Below, one piece after another: positions 1-9,633 of a DNA stretch of 54,638 nucleotides; the first letter of the stretch is position 1, and every line of letters begins with the position of its first letter. Below the pieces are notes generated by a model, which saw only the letters and a list, made by a program, of their open reading frames with translations, was not told where the DNA came from and ran no database searches. The stretch comes from a virus (Duplodnaviria > Caudoviricetes): the IMG/VR virus record IMGVR_UViG_3300029817_000033, positions 1 through 54,638 of that record; one strand, given 5' to 3'. A program made the position numbers and the translations under genes.

Positions 1-98
1 GGTCTGGCTGGTCGTCGGCCGTGACGTGCCAGGGGATGCCCTCCTCGAAGTCGTCCTCGGCGTCGTCGGTGAGCAGCCCGCCCACGAGGATGCCGTGG
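1..98. repeat. Terminal overlap, copy 1 (circular assembly)
   Basis: 1-98 is identical to 54540-54637; the next base differs (a vs g). Confidence 0.97.
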
Positions 99-643
99 AA
101 GGCGAGCATCTCCGAGTGGATGCGATCGGCCGCTCCGGGCGAGGCGACGTCGATCTCGGCGTAGGCGAACTCCTCGACATCGTCTCCAGCGAGCTTCGCC
201 GCCTGTGTCTGAGCGAACAGCCAGGCGAGCATCGTCGAGTTGGTGACGCCCTCGTCCGGCTCCGGCCCTGGCTCACCCTGGGCGATGCCATAGGCGAAGT
301 AGAGCGTCTGCGTCTCGCCGTCGGTCGGCTTGACGAAGCCAGGCTGGAACTTCCCACCCCCGAGCGCGGCCTTCGCCATGCGGTAGTGCTCGATCGCCGA
401 GAAGCCGCAGCAGCTCAGCCGGTCGTTGCAGAGCATCCCCCAGACGGTGATCCCGCCCGAGACGTCGCCGGTCGGCGGGGGAGCTCCCGGCGCCGTCGCT
501 CGGAAGCGGTCGATCAGCAGCTCGGGCACGTGAACAGCTTGGCGCTTGCCTCGCAGACCGGCCTTGCGCCTTCGAGGAGGGGACGGGGCTGCAGCAACCG
601 GGAGACCTCCCAGTTGCGGGCGATATTCGGGAGTATCGGTCAT
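1..643 (-). CDS. Endolysin 5' part: papain-like cysteine peptidase domain; continues across the junction into 53398-54624
   Basis: Manual translation from ATG 643 (MTDTPEYRPQ...WGMLCNDRLSCCGFSAIEH...AFHGILVGGLLTDD) is open and in frame with the 408-aa ORF at the other end. Not in the ORF track. Confidence 0.85.
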   Translation of the reverse strand, partial: MTDTPEYRPQLGGLPVAAAPSPPRRRKAGLRGKRQAVHVPELLIDRFRATAPGAPPPTGDVSGGITVWGMLCNDRLSCCGFSAIEHYRMAKAALGGGKFQPGFVKPTDGETQTLYFAYGIAQGEPGPEPDEGVTNSTMLAWLFAQTQAAKLAGDDVEEFAYAEIDVASPGAADRIHSEMLAFHGILVGGLLTDDAEDDFEEGIPWHVTADDQPD

Positions 644-688
644 ATCGGCAGGCTATCTCCTGGGCGCGCGGAGCGCGTGGAGCCCACG

Positions 689-1936
689 CTAACTGACGAC
701 GCTCCAGAAGGTCGGGTTCGTCGCTGGGGGCTTGTCCGTGTTGGGATTGAGGCAGATGTAGCGGACGCCCCCGGCCATGACCTCGTTCCACTCGTAGTAG
801 CCGTCCGCGGCTGACCAGTCGTTGACGATCCGAGCGACCACGGTGTCGGTTGCCGTGTCGATGACGGAGACAGTGTTGGCGTAGAGGCTCGCCACATAGA
901 GACGTGAGCCGTCAGGCGTGAGCCCGGTCCCGATCGGCCCGTGGCCCACGGTGATCCGAGTGAAGGTCACGTCCCCGCTGCCCTCCAGTTGGCCCAGCGG
1001 GAGCACGGCTATGGAGTCCCCCGAACCATCGGAGTTGCAACCGCAACAGGCCGCGTAGAGCTTGCCTCTCGTGATCGCGTGCTCGCCCCAGACATCGGGG
1101 ATGACCACCGTCTTAACCCAGGCGCTCGTGGGCATGTACGGCCCGCTGCCGCTGAGCACGTTCAGTTCACACTGGCTGATGAACTGGAAGTCGCCGTCCT
1201 CGGAGACGCCGCTGGCCCCCCTGACGCTCAGCTCCCAGGGAAAGGGAACATTCTCAACTCCGGTCGCAGCATCCACAAACACGACACCTCCACCTCCACC
1301 TCCGTTGGCCGCGGTCCCCGAGGAGAGAATGAAGGTGCAGGCCACTTCATCGAAGCCGTCCCCCGTGGGATCCTGGGTGCAGGAAGTGATCTCCCAAGTG
1401 GTGGTGTCGATGAGCTTGATCGGGTAGTAGAGGCCCCTGCCGCCCGGGAAGAAGACCGTGACCATCGCCTTCGTTCCGTCCGGCGTAATGGCGATGCCCC
1501 AGAGCTGAGTCTCGCTGATCCCGTTGATCGTGTGGACCACCTCGTCCGTGGCTGTGTCGATGATCGAGATCCTCATGTCCACGGCACAGACGACCCACAC
1601 CTGCGTCCCGTCCGGGGTGATGGCAAGGGCAGAGGGCTGGTGCAGGTCCGGGTCGCTGACTGTCTTGACGATCTTGTTCGTGCTGGTCTTGATGACGGAG
1701 ACGGTGTTGGTGCTGGCGTTCGTGACGTAAGCCTTCCTGCCGTCCGGCGTGACCTTCACGCCCCAGGGCTGCACTCCCAGAGGCAGAGCTGGAGGGACCG
1801 GCCCCGGAGGCAGAGCTGGAGGGACCGGCGAGCCGATGGAGATGCAACCGACGTCGATGCCACTGCTGGAGCCCGAAGGGGGCGGCGTCACCCCCGAGCG
1901 GAACGGCATCTTGAACTCGCCGAGAGGACGAGGCAC
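689..1936 (-). CDS. YncE/YVTN beta-propeller protein with C-terminal carbohydrate-binding-like module; probable receptor-binding tail protein
   Basis: Repeats such as TPDGRKAYVTNASTNTVSVI and TPDGSRLYVASLYANTVSVID; C-terminal W..Y...V...G.RY.C...W motif; last gene of the tail cluster. Confidence 0.8.
   Translation of the reverse strand: MPRPLGEFKMPFRSGVTPPPSGSSSGIDVGCISIGSPVPPALPPGPVPPALPLGVQPWGVKVTPDGRKAYVTNASTNTVSVIKTSTNKIVKTVSDPDLHQPSALAITPDGTQVWVVCAVDMRISIIDTATDEVVHTINGISETQLWGIAITPDGTKAMVTVFFPGGRGLYYPIKLIDTTTWEITSCTQDPTGDGFDEVACTFILSSGTAANGGGGGGVVFVDAATGVENVPFPWELSVRGASGVSEDGDFQFISQCELNVLSGSGPYMPTSAWVKTVVIPDVWGEHAITRGKLYAACCGCNSDGSGDSIAVLPLGQLEGSGDVTFTRITVGHGPIGTGLTPDGSRLYVASLYANTVSVIDTATDTVVARIVNDWSAADGYYEWNEVMAGGVRYICLNPNTDKPPATNPTFWSVVS
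1780..1829. repeat. 23-bp direct repeat (27-bp period) encoding PVPPALP twice
   Basis: gaggcagagctggagggaccggc at 1780-1802 and 1807-1829. Confidence 0.85.
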
Positions 1937-2512
1937 TCAGATCGCCCGGATGTTCGCCGTCAGCCCCGCGACGGCGAGCGAGCCTGAGTAGGACTCCAGC
2001 TTGGCTTGGAGCGAGTCGCCCCCACCGATCGGCCAGCCTCCGGCCTGCTGCCCTTGCACTTCCTGGCTCCCACCATGCGAGAGCGTGAGCGCGGTGAACA
2101 GCGCTCCGGCGCAGTAGAAGCCGATCTCGATGTCGTCGTCCGGGTCGACGATGACAGCCGCCTGGACGAGGTAGACCTTGCCGGTGTAGTTCGTGCTCAT
2201 CGGGTACTTGCCGGAGAGCTGGCCCACCTGCTCGGAGATCGGGTCGTACCACTTGAAGATGATGTCGACCTTGTGGGCGGGGACGAGCATCCCCCGGTCG
2301 TAGTCGTAGTGGTAGGCGAAGCCGTCGTCGAGTCCAGGGCTGGCGCTGTAGCCCCCAGCCGAGAGCGGCTCGGGTCCGCTGGCAACATCGTCGAGGTCGG
2401 TGATGCGCCCGAGCGGGATCGGGTTGCCGCGCTCCAGCTCGAAGGTGCGGCGCCGGTTCTCCCTGATCGCCCTCGTGCCCTTCGGCGTCCGCACGTTGGC
2501 ATTGCGGTCCAT
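1937..2512 (-). CDS. Minor tail protein (putative)
   Basis: Start MDRNANV overlaps the upstream stop; position in tail cluster. Confidence 0.6.
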   Translation of the reverse strand: MDRNANVRTPKGTRAIRENRRRTFELERGNPIPLGRITDLDDVASGPEPLSAGGYSASPGLDDGFAYHYDYDRGMLVPAHKVDIIFKWYDPISEQVGQLSGKYPMSTNYTGKVYLVQAAVIVDPDDDIEIGFYCAGALFTALTLSHGGSQEVQGQQAGGWPIGGGDSLQAKLESYSGSLAVAGLTANIRAI

Positions 2513-4254
2513 CAGCCGAGCACCTCGATCGGAGGGTTGATCGTCACGTCCATCACGTCTCCCTGGTCGGGGTAGAGGTCGATCTGGATGACCCGCCAGA
2601 TGCCGGTGAGGTTGATCCAACCGTAGACGACGTCGACCGGAACGGTGTCGCCCACTTCGAGGCCGGTCACCAGCTCCTCGCCCCAGCAGCGCAGCACAGG
2701 CACGCCGGCGTTCCCGCCGATCGAGGCCAGGCGGCGCGTCGCCATGTCGGGGAGGGAGCTGTCGGCCGTCCCGGTGGGGGCGCTCTCGACGATCTCCAGA
2801 TCGAGCGGGATGTTGTCGCCGCTCGGCGTCTTCCCTGCCATGCAGAGGTCCGTGTCGCTGGCGCCGCCCTCGTAGCGAGCGGGGCCGCCAGCGAGGTTCG
2901 AGCCGCCAGCGGTGGTGGCGACGCCCATCTCCGTCACCACCGAGGCCGCCTGCTCACCATCGTAGTAGGGCGTCGAGTCGGCGATCTCGCAGTTGCGGTG
3001 AAGCACGATCGCGAGGTTGGGCTTGAAGGCACCCCTCCCGCCCGGGTGCTCCGTGGTGCCGGAGGTCAGCGAGTAGGTGTGGAAGGTGCGCTCCGTCGGG
3101 CTCGTCAGCTCGACGGCGAAGTCGGCTCCGTCTTGCATGCCGGGGTACTCCTGGAGCGCCTGGAGGATGTTCCCGTGGTCGGCGAACTGGTACGCCTGGA
3201 TGCGCGTCTTACCGGTGGGCGGGCAGCTCGCGGCGGGGATCTGCGTGTCCGAGTAGGGGACGATGTTGAGGAAGCCCTTCGTCCCGTCGCTGTCGTTGTG
3301 CGAGCCGCCCTGGGCGTAGGAACAGATGCGGGCCATCGTGGTCGCCTGGTCCTCGCCGCTCGCCGCGGTTGCCAGCGAGTCGGCGTAGACGAGCCGGACT
3401 CCGGCCCAGTCGATCGTGCCGTTCGGGCAGTAGAGGCGGCAGTCGAAGAACCACTCCTCATGCGCCGCCATGACGGCGCCGATCTGTGCCACCTGCCAGC
3501 TCCCGCGTGGCGAGGCGTTCGAGAGCGGGAAGTAGTAGGGCCCGGCCTTGATCCACGACTCGTCCACCGGCCAGCCCTCGTGGTCGACGACGGCGATGTA
3601 GAGCCCTCGCTGCTGGTGGCCGGGACCGGCTGGGCCGTCCCAGTCCTCGATGTAGTAGAGGGCGGTGAGCGTCGCCCCCATGCCCTGATCTCCGGCTGGC
3701 ACTCCGAGTGGGACGACTTGCCGGAGACAGGCGTCCTCGGGAGCGCTGGCGCCTCCGTCGGAGAGCGTCAGGTGGACATAGTTCGGGGGCCAGCCCGGCG
3801 CCGGGACGCTGCCCTCGCCCTTGATCGTGGGATCGCAGGCGTGCGCCCCCCACATCACCGGGTTCCCTCCATCGATCCCCTCGGAGAAGTCGCCGTTCGC
3901 CAGCCGGTTACGACCTCCGGCTCGGCCGAAGAACCGGCGCTTGAAGTACCACTCGGGCGAGTCCACGGTGAGGACGCTCATGTCGCCCTGGCCCTGTGGC
4001 TTCGTGATCGGCCCCCAGAAGACGAGCTTCGCCGTCCCCCCGCGAGGTGGGGTGCGCCAGACCTGGATCTCGTACTCGCCCGGCTGGCGGAAGTAGCCGG
4101 ATGCCTGGGCTCGGCGAGTGGCGAGCTGGAAGGTGACCTCCCCGATGTCGTTGAGCACCGTCGTGACCTGCTGGAGGTCGACGGCGCGGCCGAGCGAGGC
4201 GTAGGGCCTGCCCGTCACATCGACGACCCGAAGCTCGTAGCTGCCAGCGGCCAC
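2512..4254 (-). CDS. Minor tail / baseplate hub protein with inserted beta-sandwich domain
   Basis: Second gene after tape measure; EIQVWR..LVFWGP and LEVGDTVPV..WRVIQI patterns; internal NRLANGDFSEG. Confidence 0.75.
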   Translation of the reverse strand: MAAGSYELRVVDVTGRPYASLGRAVDLQQVTTVLNDIGEVTFQLATRRAQASGYFRQPGEYEIQVWRTPPRGGTAKLVFWGPITKPQGQGDMSVLTVDSPEWYFKRRFFGRAGGRNRLANGDFSEGIDGGNPVMWGAHACDPTIKGEGSVPAPGWPPNYVHLTLSDGGASAPEDACLRQVVPLGVPAGDQGMGATLTALYYIEDWDGPAGPGHQQRGLYIAVVDHEGWPVDESWIKAGPYYFPLSNASPRGSWQVAQIGAVMAAHEEWFFDCRLYCPNGTIDWAGVRLVYADSLATAASGEDQATTMARICSYAQGGSHNDSDGTKGFLNIVPYSDTQIPAASCPPTGKTRIQAYQFADHGNILQALQEYPGMQDGADFAVELTSPTERTFHTYSLTSGTTEHPGGRGAFKPNLAIVLHRNCEIADSTPYYDGEQAASVVTEMGVATTAGGSNLAGGPARYEGGASDTDLCMAGKTPSGDNIPLDLEIVESAPTGTADSSLPDMATRRLASIGGNAGVPVLRCWGEELVTGLEVGDTVPVDVVYGWINLTGIWRVIQIDLYPDQGDVMDVTINPPIEVLG

Positions 4255-4256
4255 GG

Positions 4257-5120
4257 CTAGATCCAGGCGTTGTGGTAGATGACCGTTCCCGTCCCCGAGC
4301 CGTAGTAGGCGACCGTCGTGATGACGCCGGGCGGGAACGCCACCCAGGTCGGGGTGAGGAGGTACTGATAGGCGTTGGCCCCGGTCTCGTCAACGCAAGT
4401 CTGTTCGAGCGCGTCGATCGTCAGCTCGCTCGGGATCGCCCCGTAGGTGTCGGTGAGAGCGAAAGCCGTGACGTCCCCCACCATGACCAGGTCGCTGTCC
4501 GCTCCGTGGGTGATGTGGTAGACCGGCCAGCTCGGGTAGGTGCCCTCCGGCTCGACGGCGAGCCCCTCTCCTCCCTCGCCTCCGAAGCGCGGGATCGTGA
4601 GCGGTCCGACTTGCGACGCCGAGAGCTTCCAAGGGTCGGGCGCCACGAGCTGTGCCTGGAAGGTCAGCGGCCAGAGCAGACTCCCCCGCACCGAGCCGGA
4701 GAAGTCGGCGGGCCACCCCTTCTGGGCGGTGTGGGCGGTCGCCTTGTAGACGCCGACCGTGCGCTCGATGTCCTCCCAGACGGAGAGCGTGCCCGGCCCA
4801 TTCGCCTCGGTGATGTTGAGCGCCGACGCCAGCGCGTACACCGCGGCGAAGCGCGCCGCCTCGGTGGGGCTGATGCAGAGCCCGCCCTGGAGCGTGAGCG
4901 TACGGGACTGGTGCTCGACTTCGGAGTAGAAGACCCCGTCCCGCCCGACGTCGTCGAAGGAGTTCGTCCGCACGTCGGCCGAGTCCCAGCCGCCGATGTC
5001 TTGCACCATCCAGCAGTTCCCTTGGGCGTCAGGGACGAGCAGGCCGCCTTCGACCTGGTTGAAGACGATCGTCCGGCCGCCCCCGGCGATCTGGCACTTG
5101 AGCCCAACCCGAGCGGTCAT
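4257..5120 (-). CDS. Distal tail (Dit)-like minor tail protein
   Basis: Directly follows tape measure; GWDS, RTLTLQG and LVAPDPW patterns. Confidence 0.75.
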   Translation of the reverse strand: MTARVGLKCQIAGGGRTIVFNQVEGGLLVPDAQGNCWMVQDIGGWDSADVRTNSFDDVGRDGVFYSEVEHQSRTLTLQGGLCISPTEAARFAAVYALASALNITEANGPGTLSVWEDIERTVGVYKATAHTAQKGWPADFSGSVRGSLLWPLTFQAQLVAPDPWKLSASQVGPLTIPRFGGEGGEGLAVEPEGTYPSWPVYHITHGADSDLVMVGDVTAFALTDTYGAIPSELTIDALEQTCVDETGANAYQYLLTPTWVAFPPGVITTVAYYGSGTGTVIYHNAWI

Positions 5121-7288
5121 GACGCGATCCCCAGGGCCTTGTCGACAGCCTTCACCACGGCAGCCGAGTTCGGCCCGCTCACGATGACCGTCGGCGCCTT
5201 ACCCAGGGCGCCGGCGCTCCGCTGCGGGTTCAAGAGGGTCCGCAGATGCTCGTTGAACTGCTGCTGGATCGTCGTCTGCTTCTCGATCGCCGTCACGATG
5301 CTGCCCTCCCGGCTCGCCTGCCCGGCCCAGACCGGGCTCGTCACGCCGAGATCCTTCCCGATCTGCTTGAGCTGCGTGAGGCTCAGCCTCGACAACCCGA
5401 GCTGCTGAGCCACCGACAGGCGCTTGTCGTCGGCTTGGATCGCAGCGATGAGCTTCTGGTTCGCCGAGACCTGTTGGGAACTGAGGTTCGGCCCCTCCAG
5501 CACCATCCCTCGGCCTCCCCGAACCCAGTGGCTCGCGTCGGCAGCCTTGAGGAGGGCGATCGCCCTCTCGTTCGACTTGATCGCCTGGAGCGCCGACTCG
5601 TCGTGGACGTTGAGGCCCTTGCCGACGGCGGCGTTGAGCTTGACCTCTCCGGCGATCTTGACGAGCGAGCCGTGCATGATCCAGTTCCCCAGGTCCGTCG
5701 AGATGGACTTCCCTCCCCAGAGCTTCGGGAGCTGGTTGATGAGCGTGCCAACGACGCCTCCGAGAGCCAGCGCCATCGCCCCCGCAGCGACCGCGCTCAT
5801 CGCCCCCACGCCGACCGGCAGGAACCCGCCCTCCAGAGCCGGGAGCCCCGTCTCGGCAGCGGGGAGGGCAGCAGGGGCAGCCTCCTCGACTGCCTTGCCC
5901 GTGAAGGGGTTCACCGGCCCCTCGGCGGCGCTCCGGCCGAAGCCGCCAGCCATCGAGAGCTTCTCGGCAGCGGCCATGAGGGCTTCGGCTGCCTCGTTGA
6001 GCGTCACGCCCGCCGTCTGGAGCTGCACCCCGGCCGTCGTCTGCGTGGTCGTCGTCGTCATCCCAAGGATCGACTTCGCCCAGCCGCCCATCTTGCCGAG
6101 CACAGGGAGCGCCTTCGAGAAGAGGTAGAGCGCGCCGCCCGTCGCCATGAGCGGGAGCGCCCACTGCTGGCCGAACTCAGCCGCCCAGTCCTCGAACTTG
6201 GCTCGCACTCGGTTCAGGATGCCTTGCCAGGTGTTCGCGATCGCGTCGGCGGCGCCCTTCGTCTTCCAGTCGATCATCTGCTGGACGGTGCGGCCCCCGG
6301 TCGTCTTCATCAGGAGGGCGTTCGCGTTCGCCTCGGCCTTGATCGAGTCGGTGTGCTTCTGCGTGGCGAGGATGAGGGCGTTCTTGGCGTTGGCAAGCTG
6401 CTGGTTCTGGGCGATCGTCAGCCCGTTGCTCCCGACGTACTTGGCGTTCGCTGCCGTCGCTCGCTCGGTCGCCTCGGTCTGGACCTCCGTCATATGGAGC
6501 TGAGCGAGCGCGTACTCGTTCTGCGCTGTCTGCTGCTCCTTCGGAGTCACCGCCTCGTTGAGCTTCTGCTGAGCCGCAGCGAGCCGGAGCTGGGCCGCCT
6601 GGAGGTCTTCGGCGTTCTTGGCCGCGATGGCATCGGGAGTGCTCGTCGCTCCGGCCACGGCGGTCTTGAGCCTCACTTCGAGCTGCTCCAGCTTCGTGTG
6701 GGCCTTGATGACCTCGGCTGCCGACTTCGTGACTTCCTTCTGCGCGGACGCCTGGGCGCTCTGGGCCTTGGTCATCTCCTTCGTGTCGATGCCGAGAGCT
6801 GCCAGCGCTCGGAACTGCCCGGCTGCCACGGTGCGGACATACATCGTCGCGGCCGAGTTGAGGTCCATCTGTCGAGCAGCCGCGAGGTCTGCCACGTGCC
6901 CGATGTCGGCCAGCCCCTCCTTCGTCGAGCCGAAGCCACGGACCAGGATCGCGAGGGCGTTGTTGATCTTCGCATTCGAGTAGCCGAAGTGCGCTCCGGC
7001 CCTGTCGGCCGCTCCGATCTGCCCCGCGTAGGTGTCGTACTTCGCCCCCGTCGTCGTGATCGCGTTCTTGAGGAGGGCGAGCGCCGACTGGCTCTGCTCC
7101 GAGAAGTGGAACATGGCGACGCCAGCGGCCAGCAGCCCGAGCCCGAGGTCGCCGACTCCCTTGGCGAAGGACTTCTTGAACGAGCCTCCAGCGATGCCTC
7201 CGACGGTCCCCATCTCGGTCGCTGCGACCCCCGAGAAGTCCCCGAGGAAGGGCTGGAGCTGGACGAACGCCTGGCCGATGATCGTCAT
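5117..7288 (-). CDS. Tape measure protein
   Basis: 723 aa, A/G/Q/K-rich helical; IIGQAFVQLQP N-terminus; follows the chaperone pair. Confidence 0.85.
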   Translation of the reverse strand: MTIIGQAFVQLQPFLGDFSGVAATEMGTVGGIAGGSFKKSFAKGVGDLGLGLLAAGVAMFHFSEQSQSALALLKNAITTTGAKYDTYAGQIGAADRAGAHFGYSNAKINNALAILVRGFGSTKEGLADIGHVADLAAARQMDLNSAATMYVRTVAAGQFRALAALGIDTKEMTKAQSAQASAQKEVTKSAAEVIKAHTKLEQLEVRLKTAVAGATSTPDAIAAKNAEDLQAAQLRLAAAQQKLNEAVTPKEQQTAQNEYALAQLHMTEVQTEATERATAANAKYVGSNGLTIAQNQQLANAKNALILATQKHTDSIKAEANANALLMKTTGGRTVQQMIDWKTKGAADAIANTWQGILNRVRAKFEDWAAEFGQQWALPLMATGGALYLFSKALPVLGKMGGWAKSILGMTTTTTQTTAGVQLQTAGVTLNEAAEALMAAAEKLSMAGGFGRSAAEGPVNPFTGKAVEEAAPAALPAAETGLPALEGGFLPVGVGAMSAVAAGAMALALGGVVGTLINQLPKLWGGKSISTDLGNWIMHGSLVKIAGEVKLNAAVGKGLNVHDESALQAIKSNERAIALLKAADASHWVRGGRGMVLEGPNLSSQQVSANQKLIAAIQADDKRLSVAQQLGLSRLSLTQLKQIGKDLGVTSPVWAGQASREGSIVTAIEKQTTIQQQFNEHLRTLLNPQRSAGALGKAPTVIVSGPNSAAVVKAVDKALGIAS

Positions 7289-7289
7289 G

Positions 7290-7600
7290 TCAAGTCACCG
7301 GAGCAGCCGAGGGAACGAGGGCCATGATCTCTTGCAGGTCGCGCAGCGCCGACGCGCTCGTGCCCCAGTCGGAGTCGAGCGGGTCCACGTCCGGCCCTGG
7401 GATCGTCGCCCGGTCCATCAGCTTCTCTGCCTCCTCCATCCCGATCGCATCGACCATCGCTGCCCAGGCCGCGTTCAGATAGTGCCAGCCAGCGAGGGCT
7501 CCCGGCTCGGCGTGCCCGGCAAGGACAAGTCGCCCGTCGAAGTAACCCTCACCGGAGAGGGCCCACTCCCAGAGGGCGCGGGCCCGTCGGTAGGGCGTTC
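7290..7600 (-). CDS. Tail assembly chaperone, frameshifted (T-like) segment
   Basis: Open -1 frame overlapping the chaperone 3' end and ending just before tape measure; 5' boundary approximate. Confidence 0.55.
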
Positions 7601-7993
7601 CGTGTACGCCGGACCCCAGAGCCACATGAAGATGTCGCCGAGCACCTCGCTCTCGATCTCGACATCGCTGTCGATGAGGTTCACGAAGCGCTGGTAGTCG
7701 TCGGGCACCATCTCGACCTTGACCTCGTCGTCCTCGATCCGCTGGACGGGCACGAGGATGCCGAGCTCCCGGCACTTCGAGCAGTCGCGCAGAACCGTCT
7801 TGCGGATGAGCCGAGCGATCGCCGTCGCCTGCATCACCCCCGTCGAGTCGGCCGTCGCCAGGAAGCCCTCGTTGAGCGCCGAGGCCGACATCACCGGGGC
7901 ACAGTGGAACTCCTGCTCGGCCAGCTTGAAGGAGACCTCTCGGGGCTCGGCCTTGCCCTTCCCGCTCCCGAAGTCCTTGAACATCTTGCTCAT
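7475..7993 (-). CDS. Tail assembly chaperone (G-like)
   Basis: Start MSKMFKDFG overlaps upstream stop; ...YTERPT followed by S/P/G-rich tail; position before tape measure. Confidence 0.7.
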   Translation of the reverse strand: MSKMFKDFGSGKGKAEPREVSFKLAEQEFHCAPVMSASALNEGFLATADSTGVMQATAIARLIRKTVLRDCSKCRELGILVPVQRIEDDEVKVEMVPDDYQRFVNLIDSDVEIESEVLGDIFMWLWGPAYTERPTDGPAPSGSGPSPVRVTSTGDLSLPGTPSREPSLAGTI

Positions 7994-8451
7994 AGCGTGT
8001 TCGCCCTCACGATCTCGACCTGGGCCTCTTTCAGCCACGGGTTCGGCTTGGTTCCTGGGTGGTGGACTATGGCGGCGAAGACCTGGACGCCTCCGTCGCC
8101 GATGAACCGGAGCGCCTTCGCGTTGACCGGCAGGATGACATGAGGGTCGGTGCCCTCGTGGACGTACCAGCCGACCGGGTCGTAGGTGCCGACCCGGACG
8201 ATCCAGCCGAACGGCCCGCCGAGCGCCTCCTCGTGGACGATCGACTCCATGAGCGTGCCCGGCTCGCGCTCGTCGCTCGTGTAGTCGCCGGGGTGCCCGA
8301 TCGGGCAGGTCTCCTTCGCCCGAGCCCAGATCTTGCAGTTGAGGTAGACGGCCCCCTTGAAGGTCGACTCGGCCATCGCTGCGGTGAACTCACCGGGCGG
8401 GAGCGGGACGAACATGATCCCGCCCTTGACGGTGGTGGGGACGGTCGCCAT
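7990..8451 (-). CDS. Neck / tail-completion protein (HK97 gp10-like)
   Basis: VHEGTDPHVILPVNAKALRF...VHHPGTKPNPWL motif; start re-called at MATVPTT. Confidence 0.75.
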   Translation of the reverse strand: MATVPTTVKGGIMFVPLPPGEFTAAMAESTFKGAVYLNCKIWARAKETCPIGHPGDYTSDEREPGTLMESIVHEEALGGPFGWIVRVGTYDPVGWYVHEGTDPHVILPVNAKALRFIGDGGVQVFAAIVHHPGTKPNPWLKEAQVEIVRANTL

Positions 8452-8452
8452 C

Positions 8453-8674
8453 TCAGCGTCCGCAGCAGCGGCGGGGAGGCAGGTGGGCAGGCGCCGGTTC
8501 GCCCTTCGGCCCCTCGATGAGCACGAAGCCTCGCCGGAGACACTCTTCGAGGTCGCGCTGGCCGAGAGGCACGTCGCCCCACTGGCCCTGGGTGAGCCCA
8601 AGCACGTTGAGCATGGCATAGACCCGGATCGTCTCCGGCTCTTGGTTAGTCGACGGCTTTGACGAGCCGGACAA
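8453..8674 (-). CDS. Small hypothetical virion-module protein
   Basis: Fills the gap in the operon. Confidence 0.5.
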   Translation of the reverse strand: MSGSSKPSTNQEPETIRVYAMLNVLGLTQGQWGDVPLGQRDLEECLRRGFVLIEGPKGEPAPAHLPPRRCCGR

Positions 8675-8897
8675 GGAGCCCTGCCTCGATGAGGGCCGTG
8701 ACTTGCTCGGTCTCCTCCAGCTCGTCGACGTCGCCCGCGCGGTGGCCGAGCAGCCCGACCTCGTAGCGGACGGCGATGAGCTTCGGTGCCGTCGCTGCTG
8801 GAGCTGGCGGCGTGGGTGTGGGCGTCGCGACCGGGGCCGGGGGCTGCCCGGCGCTCGGAGACGGGCCTGGAGCTGGCTGTGGTGCGGTATCGGTCAC
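8646..8897 (-). CDS. Small Pro/Ala-rich protein, probably leaderless
   Basis: GTG lies 6 nt after a TACGCT -10-like box. Confidence 0.6.
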   Translation of the reverse strand: MTDTAPQPAPGPSPSAGQPPAPVATPTPTPPAPAATAPKLIAVRYEVGLLGHRAGDVDELEETEQVTALIEAGLLVRLVKAVD

Positions 8898-8902
8898 GGG
8901 CT

Positions 8903-8921
8903 GAGCGTACCTCGCGGCGCG
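8903..8921 (-). promoter_or_regulatory. Putative late promoter CGCGCCGCGAGG-TACGCT
   Basis: 19 bp identical to 27676-27694; both intergenic, with the -10-like box 6 nt before a GTG. Confidence 0.7.
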
Positions 8922-8936
8922 CGGCCGTGGCGGGAC

Positions 8937-9320
8937 TCAGCAGATGTACCAGACGGTGACGTAGCCGAGCCGAGGGGCGCCGCTCGTGTTGTTGATGGTG
9001 ACAGTGACGTAGTGGGTGTTCACCACGTCCTGCCCGGTCGCCACCACGCCGGTCTGCCACACGACGTCGCCGCCGAGCACCTTCTGGGCGTCCGGCACCT
9101 GGGCAAAGGAGTAGGAGCTGGAGCCCTTCGGCGTCAGGTAGGTCGGCGAGCGCAGCCCGCAGACCGGCCCGGGCGTGAGGTCGGGCACCGTAGTCGTCGT
9201 GGTCGTGAGCGCCGCCCCTTGTCTCGGGGGCGAGGAGCTGTTCGTGAACGCCAGAGCGAGAGCCAGCCCGACGATCACCAGGCCGAGCACCCCTCCCACC
9301 ACTTTCTCTCTCATCCGCAT
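8937..9320 (-). CDS. Membrane-anchored/secreted protein (accessory)
   Basis: N-terminal hydrophobic helix, poly-Thr linker, GGAGG RBS. Confidence 0.7.
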   Translation of the reverse strand: MRMREKVVGGVLGLVIVGLALALAFTNSSSPPRQGAALTTTTTTVPDLTPGPVCGLRSPTYLTPKGSSSYSFAQVPDAQKVLGGDVVWQTGVVATGQDVVNTHYVTVTINNTSGAPRLGYVTVWYIC

Positions 9321-9583
9321 CTCTGTTCCTCCATTCGGCGCAGGATCGAGCGCACCTTCTCGGCCCGGACACAGCCCCGGCATCTAACCGATCCATCGGA
9401 CGAGAAGCCAAGCGTGTCGAGGCTACGCAGATGGCCGTTCCGGCAGCGCTCGTCCTCGTAGTCCGGGACTCCGTCAACCTCGCGCTGGAGGCGCCGGATG
9501 CACCACTCCGTCAGCTCCTCGGAGCTGAGCGTCTTGAGGTAGGCGACGAGGCTGCGGCGGTCCGGGACTTGCCAGAGTTGCAT
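9311..9583 (-). CDS. Small protein with HNH-associated Zn-binding motif
   Basis: CRNGH...G.VRCRGC; no HNH core visible. Confidence 0.6.
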   Translation of the reverse strand: MQLWQVPDRRSLVAYLKTLSSEELTEWCIRRLQREVDGVPDYEDERCRNGHLRSLDTLGFSSDGSVRCRGCVRAEKVRSILRRMEEQRCG

Positions 9584-9633
9584 CTCGCCTCATTCCCCGC
9601 TCCTCGCCAGCGCTCTAGTTGCCTGGGGGCAGG

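Noticed and set aside
1-98. Terminal repeat as a biological direct terminal repeat
   Set aside because: It falls mid-gene and its length fits a k-mer overlap; it indicates circular assembly, not physical genome ends.
7990-9477. Over-long ORF calls (7990-9477, 24059-26407, 16331-18022, 41292-42650, 34791-35966, 43613-44686)
   Set aside because: Their 5' parts overlap other genes out of frame; starts were re-called at RBS or overlap positions.
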